The translations under genes were made by a program, and so were the position numbers. Positions 8,031 through 10,813 of a DNA stretch of 10,813 bases are shown in pieces. This DNA is from Patescibacteria group bacterium. GTDB taxonomy: Bacteria; Patescibacteriota; CPR2; UBA1875. Where the stretch lies: contig JBGSRK010000016.1 of assembly GCA_041737595.1 (NCBI GenBank), positions 1 through 10,813 on the forward strand. The letters run 5' to 3'. The notes below the pieces were generated by a model that saw only the letters and a list, made by a program, of their open reading frames with translations, had not been told where the DNA came from and did not search any database. Each line of letters opens with the position of its first letter. Position 1 is the stretch's first letter.

Positions 8031-9058
8031 TGAATTCAAATAATTATAGGATGGAAAAACCAATTTTAGTATTGGCCCCTATGGCGAATATAACAACATA
8101 CCCATTTGCTTCTCAATGTGTTAAATATGGAGCTGACTTGGTTTTTACGCCCATGGTCCATACAGACACTATTATTAATAATTGGCCAGAGGCTGAAAAA
8201 ATATTAAATTTTGAAGATCCTAATAGTCATCCTGAACACAGTGAAGCCTGCCTGCCGGCAAGGCAGGGATCTATAGATTATTCGGTTTCGCCTCAGAATG
8301 ACAAATATATAGGTATTAAAAATTACGTAGTTCAAATTATTGGTTCTGAACCGGATAAAGTATCAGAAGCCATAAAAATTATTGATAAAAAACTAAAACC
8401 AAAAGGAATTGATCTAAACTTTGCTTGTCCAGATAAAAATATTATTAAATCTGGTTGTGGTGGATATCTTATGCAATATTCTGATAAAATAGTCGAAATA
8501 TGTAAAGCTGCAAAAAGAAGTACAAAATTACCAATTTCAATAAAAACAAGAGCTGGATGGGATAACCATACAGATATTTTTAATATATTAAATTTAATAC
8601 AAAAAGAAGGTATAAATACAGTCACGATACATCCAAGAACGGTTAAAAGTGGTTTTTTGGGCGTATCTGATTGGAATATTATTAAAGAAGTTGTAAAAAT
8701 GTACCCAAAATTAAATATTATTGGGAGCGGTAATATAGAAACATGGCAAGATGCCTTAGAAAAACAACGAGTTACAAAATGTTTCGGAGTTATGATAGGC
8801 AGAGGTGCTCTTGGAAAACCCTGGTTATTTAAGGAAATCAAAGATAAAAAAGATTATATTTCTAATTTTACAGAAATTAAAAAGTTAGCTTTAGATTTAA
8901 CCCAAAAAGCTCATGATATTTGGGGTGACAAGGGGATTACAGAATCAAAAAAACATTTTGCATGGTATTTTAAAGGATTCCCAGGCGCCAGCTCTTATCG
9001 AAAAGGGTTAATGGAGACTAAAAACCTCAAAGAAGTTAAAAGTATTTTAGAAAACTAA
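8030..9058 (+). CDS. dusB: tRNA-dihydrouridine synthase (DusB-like) containing an in-frame repeat insertion
   Basis: LAPMA, VVQIIGS, DLNFACP (catalytic Cys), SIKTRAGW, TIHPRT, GVMIGRGALGKPW and KKHFAWYFKGFPGA. ATG 8030 overlaps the cysS stop (TAATG). Alternative start at ATG 8051. Subfamily assignment is less certain than family. Confidence 0.88.
   Translation: MNSNNYRMEKPILVLAPMANITTYPFASQCVKYGADLVFTPMVHTDTIINNWPEAEKILNFEDPNSHPEHSEACLPARQGSIDYSVSPQNDKYIGIKNYVVQIIGSEPDKVSEAIKIIDKKLKPKGIDLNFACPDKNIIKSGCGGYLMQYSDKIVEICKAAKRSTKLPISIKTRAGWDNHTDIFNILNLIQKEGINTVTIHPRTVKSGFLGVSDWNIIKEVVKMYPKLNIIGSGNIETWQDALEKQRVTKCFGVMIGRGALGKPWLFKEIKDKKDYISNFTEIKKLALDLTQKAHDIWGDKGITESKKHFAWYFKGFPGASSYRKGLMETKNLKEVKSILEN
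8226..8302. repeat. 77-bp palindromic REP/RPE-like miniature element inside dus
   Basis: Terminal inverted repeats GTCATCCTGA (8226-8235) and TCAGAATGAC (8293-8302) match 9/10. Internal perfect palindrome ATCTATAGAT (8269-8278). GC-richer than the host gene. Confidence 0.75.
8247..8267. repeat. 21-bp GC-rich palindrome CCTGCCTGCCGGCAAGGCAGG nested in the larger element
   Basis: One extra A relative to the perfect 20-bp palindrome CCTGCCTGCCGGCAGGCAGG. It splits the left arm (GAAG|GATCT) of the outer element's inner hairpin. Confidence 0.8.
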
Positions 9059-9085
9059 AAAGCCGCCCAAAAGGGCGGACTTTTT
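9057..9085. terminator. bidirectional intrinsic terminator between the convergent dus and RRM genes
   Basis: AAAAAG-CCGCCC-AAAA-GGGCGG-AC-TTTTT. Confidence 0.85.
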
Positions 9086-9101
9086 AAAATTGAATTATCA
9101 A

Positions 9102-9377
9102 TTATCTTCGGTCGTCGCGTGGAGCCATTGGCTTAGCAACGTTGACAGTTAAAGGTCGTCCTTCAGTGTCTTTTCCGTTCATAGCTTCGATAGCTTTAGC
9201 AGCGTCTTCTTCATTTGCAAAAGTAACAAATCCAAAACCTTTTGATCGGCCAGAGAATTTGTCAGTGATAACTTTAGCTTCAGAAACATCGCCAAATTCA
9301 GCGAACATTTCAGCTAGAGTACCATCATTAATTGTAAATGGAAGATTACCTACATATAGTTTATTCTTTTGTTCCAT
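9102..9377 (-). CDS. RRM (RNP-1) RNA-binding protein
   Basis: RNP2 LYVGNL, RNP1 KGFGFVTF, and AIEAMNG...GRPLTVNVAKP. AGAAGGA RBS upstream. Confidence 0.96.
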   Translation of the reverse strand: MEQKNKLYVGNLPFTINDGTLAEMFAEFGDVSEAKVITDKFSGRSKGFGFVTFANEEDAAKAIEAMNGKDTEGRPLTVNVAKPMAPRDDRR

Positions 9378-9470
9378 TTTTTTCCTTCTTACTTATTTGT
9401 CGACCCCGTTTGAATTCTCGGAGTCTTATATGTAAACATATTTATTCCTCGATTTATCAAACCTATACAT

Positions 9471-9499
9471 ATTATACCCTATTAATATATATTATGCAA
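9471..9499 (-). promoter_or_regulatory. sigma70 promoter of the RRM gene
   Basis: On the minus strand: TTGCAT (9499-9494), 17 bp spacer, TATAAT (9476-9471). Confidence 0.65.
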
Positions 9500-9500
9500 C

Positions 9501-9528
9501 CAAAAAAGGAGCTTTTGCTCCTTTTTTG
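9501..9528 (-). terminator. intrinsic terminator of the DUF5684-like gene
   Basis: Perfect 12-bp inverted repeat CAAAAAAGGAGC-TTTT-GCTCCTTTTTTG, 11 nt past the stop codon. Confidence 0.88.
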
Positions 9529-9539
9529 TAATTAACTTA

Positions 9540-9956
9540 TTAAGCTGTGTATTCGCTTTTACCGAATGCAAGCATTGGCCAACCAACGACCCCTAAAAGA
9601 CCAAGCATTATTACACCCCAAGCGCCACTTTTGCCAAATTTCTTTGCGATATCAGCATAAGCGATGAATAAACAAACGATGTTTGCAAATGGAACAAATA
9701 GAATAAGTACTACCCACCAAGCAGGTCTTCCTGCTATCTCAAGTAACACAATAATATTATAAACTGGGATGATTGCAGCCCATCCTGGTTTACCAGCCTT
9801 TACAAAGACTTTCCACATACAAACGATCATTACGACTGCTACTACCATAAGAACTAGCCACATACCGGCCATTACAGCAAATAATGCTGCGATTACGCCA
9901 CTATCTACATTTGTAGCAGTAGTAGTCCCGTAATCATAAGTTGTTGTATAATCCAC
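9540..9956 (-). CDS. DUF5684-like small membrane protein
   Basis: MWKVFVKAGKPGWAAIIPVYN...GRPAWW...AKKFGKS motif pattern and 3-4 hydrophobic segments. GTG start with a strong AAGGAGGA RBS (9961-9968). Confidence 0.85.
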   Translation of the reverse strand: MDYTTTYDYGTTTATNVDSGVIAALFAVMAGMWLVLMVVAVVMIVCMWKVFVKAGKPGWAAIIPVYNIIVLLEIAGRPAWWVVLILFVPFANIVCLFIAYADIAKKFGKSGAWGVIMLGLLGVVGWPMLAFGKSEYTA

Positions 9957-10041
9957 TTTTTCCTCCTTTATTTAGTGGTTATTTATTATTGATTATATTA
10001 TCTCAATTAAATGTATTATAGGTCAAGTCTAAAATACTTTA

Positions 10042-10097
10042 TTGACTTTTGCACTACAATATGTTTTAATTTATCCATTGGTCTTCGACAAGGGAGG
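10042..10097 (+). promoter_or_regulatory. sigma70-like promoter and RBS of the orphan gene
   Basis: TTGACT (10042-10047), 17 bp spacer containing TG at 10062-10063, TTTAAT (10065-10070). GGAGG at 10093-10097. Confidence 0.6.
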
Positions 10098-10102
10098 AAG
10101 AA

Positions 10103-10516
10103 ATGGAAGGGGACTTTGCACCTGTATCAGTGGGTATGCTAGAAAGCGCAGTGAAGGAGTGGGCACTTGAAGCACTCCGGGCTGTTGCCGCAGATACCCA
10201 AACGTTCGATGTTGCCCATGATATTGATCTGAATATGCTTCGATGGACCGAGGTCGCACACGACCTCGAGACTTCTCGGCATACACCAGATAACCGAGAT
10301 ACGTATCTTGTACAGTGTTCTCTCGGTGAGTCATACGCGCAATTCACGGTGGATGTAGTCCATGAGGATGATGGTATAGACCGATTTGGTCACTCCATCT
10401 TCTTCGATATCAGCCATCAAGGTCATGATATCCAGGGGAGTGTTCTTCTCCCGCTATCCGCTGATGACGGAGAACCTTTTGTTCATGTATGGTCGATTGA
10501 AAATATCGACCAGTAG
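10103..10516 (+). CDS. hypothetical acidic protein (137 aa), GC-rich orphan
   Basis: Strong RBS, own promoter-like motif and a hairpin directly after the TAG. About 49% GC by manual count. No recognisable family motif. Confidence 0.75.
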   Translation: MEGDFAPVSVGMLESAVKEWALEALRAVAADTQTFDVAHDIDLNMLRWTEVAHDLETSRHTPDNRDTYLVQCSLGESYAQFTVDVVHEDDGIDRFGHSIFFDISHQGHDIQGSVLLPLSADDGEPFVHVWSIENIDQ

Positions 10517-10557
10517 CCCGCCCAATCTCGACGAAAACCCGAGAAGGGCGGGTTTTC
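10517..10557 (+). terminator. intrinsic terminator-like hairpin after the orphan gene
   Basis: CCCGCCC (10517-10523) pairs with GGGCGGG (10546-10552), with inner TCTCG/CGAGA, followed by TTTT. Confidence 0.65.
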
Positions 10558-10563
10558 ACATTA

Positions 10564-10592
10564 TTGATAATTTATGGTTTTTAGTATATAAT
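10564..10592 (+). promoter_or_regulatory. sigma70 promoter of tRNA-Gln
   Basis: TTGATA (10564-10569), 17 bp spacer, TATAAT (10587-10592), ending 11 nt before the tRNA. Confidence 0.8.
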
Positions 10593-10603
10593 TTTTGGGT
10601 TGA

Positions 10604-10678
10604 TGGGGAGTCGCCAAGTGGTAAGGCACATGGTTTTGGTCCATGCATTCGGGGGTTCGAATCCCTCCTCCCCAGCCA
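10604..10678 (+). tRNA. tRNA-Gln (anticodon UUG)
   Basis: Acceptor stem TGGGGAG/CTCCCCA, D arm GCC-AAGTGGTAA-GGC, anticodon stem CATGG/CCATG with TTG at 10636-10638, T arm GGGGG-TTCGAAT-CCCTC, G discriminator and encoded CCA. The U1-A72 pair is typical of bacterial tRNA-Gln. Confidence 0.98.
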
Positions 10679-10715
10679 GTGAACAAAGGTGGCCTTTAGG
10701 CCATTTTTTGTTTAC
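10679..10715 (+). terminator. terminator hairpin after tRNA-Gln
   Basis: GTGAACAAAGGTGGCCT-TT-AGGCCATTTTTTGTTTAC: a long stem with G-U pairs and a U tract. Confidence 0.8.
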
Positions 10716-10725
10716 CAGATTGGTA

Positions 10726-10799
10726 GGATTCGAACGGGTGCGAGTGGGGGAAGCGAATACATGTAGCTTTCCTGTGTGATGCACCCCGGACTTCGAATC
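10726..10799. repeat. GC-rich nested inverted-repeat element downstream of the tRNA, possibly continuing past the window edge
   Basis: Stems GATTCGAA (10727-10734)/TTCGAATC (10792-10799), GGGTGC (10736-10741)/GCACCC (10781-10786) and GGGAAGC (10748-10754)/GCTTTCC (10766-10772). TACATGTA palindrome in the loop. Confidence 0.55.
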
Positions 10800-10813
10800 G
10801 GAGTGAGAAGGCG

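Noticed and set aside
8219-8314. The dus insertion as an intein or self-splicing intron
   Set aside because: It is far too short, lacks the C-terminal His-Asn intein signature, and has no group I or II core.
1183-8841. Minus-strand ORFs at 1183-1407, 1654-1887, 5227-5520, 5563-5931, 6713-6952, 7538-7804 and 8332-8841
   Set aside because: All are antisense shadows lying fully inside well-supported genes and have no motifs.
9142-9535. Plus-strand ORFs 9142-9435 and 9338-9535
   Set aside because: They are antisense to the RRM gene and run over its promoter and a terminator.
10066-10784. ORFs 10066-10347(-), 10071-10334(-), 10386-10682(+) and 10581-10784(-)
   Set aside because: Alternative frames stay open because of the higher GC or because they overlap the tRNA. 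Only 10103-10516 has an RBS, promoter and terminator.
10716-10813. A second tRNA or an attR duplication downstream of tRNA-Gln
   Set aside because: TTCGAA T-loop-like motifs are present, but no cloverleaf can be built on either strand. There is no direct repeat of the tRNA 3' end and no integrase inside the window.
1-10813. Alternative genetic code (UGA read as Gly, as in Gracilibacteria/Absconditabacteria)
   Set aside because: No called gene ends in TGA, but the long Gly-containing genes are uninterrupted under code 11, so there is no positive evidence of recoding.
1-10813. CRISPR array, transposase or prophage genes
   Set aside because: No regularly spaced direct repeats and no recognisable transposase, integrase or phage motifs were seen.

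Overview
AT-rich bacterial DNA (roughly 28-30% GC by eye), read with genetic code 11. Gene content and style suggest a Patescibacteria/CPR-like genome, which is inference only. The + strand carries the 3' part of a GT2 polyprenol-phosphate glycosyltransferase, two GT-C (ArnT/PMT-like) membrane glycosyltransferases, a small hypothetical gene, ybaB/ebfC, recR, then an ABC exporter, cysS and a DusB-like gene. The - strand carries an RRM RNA-binding protein and a DUF5684-like membrane protein. The window ends with a stand-alone GC-rich acidic orphan gene, tRNA-Gln(UUG) and a structured palindromic element. The most unusual feature is a nested palindrome-within-palindrome element (8226-8302) inserted in frame in the dus gene, where it adds about 26-32 amino acids to the enzyme.
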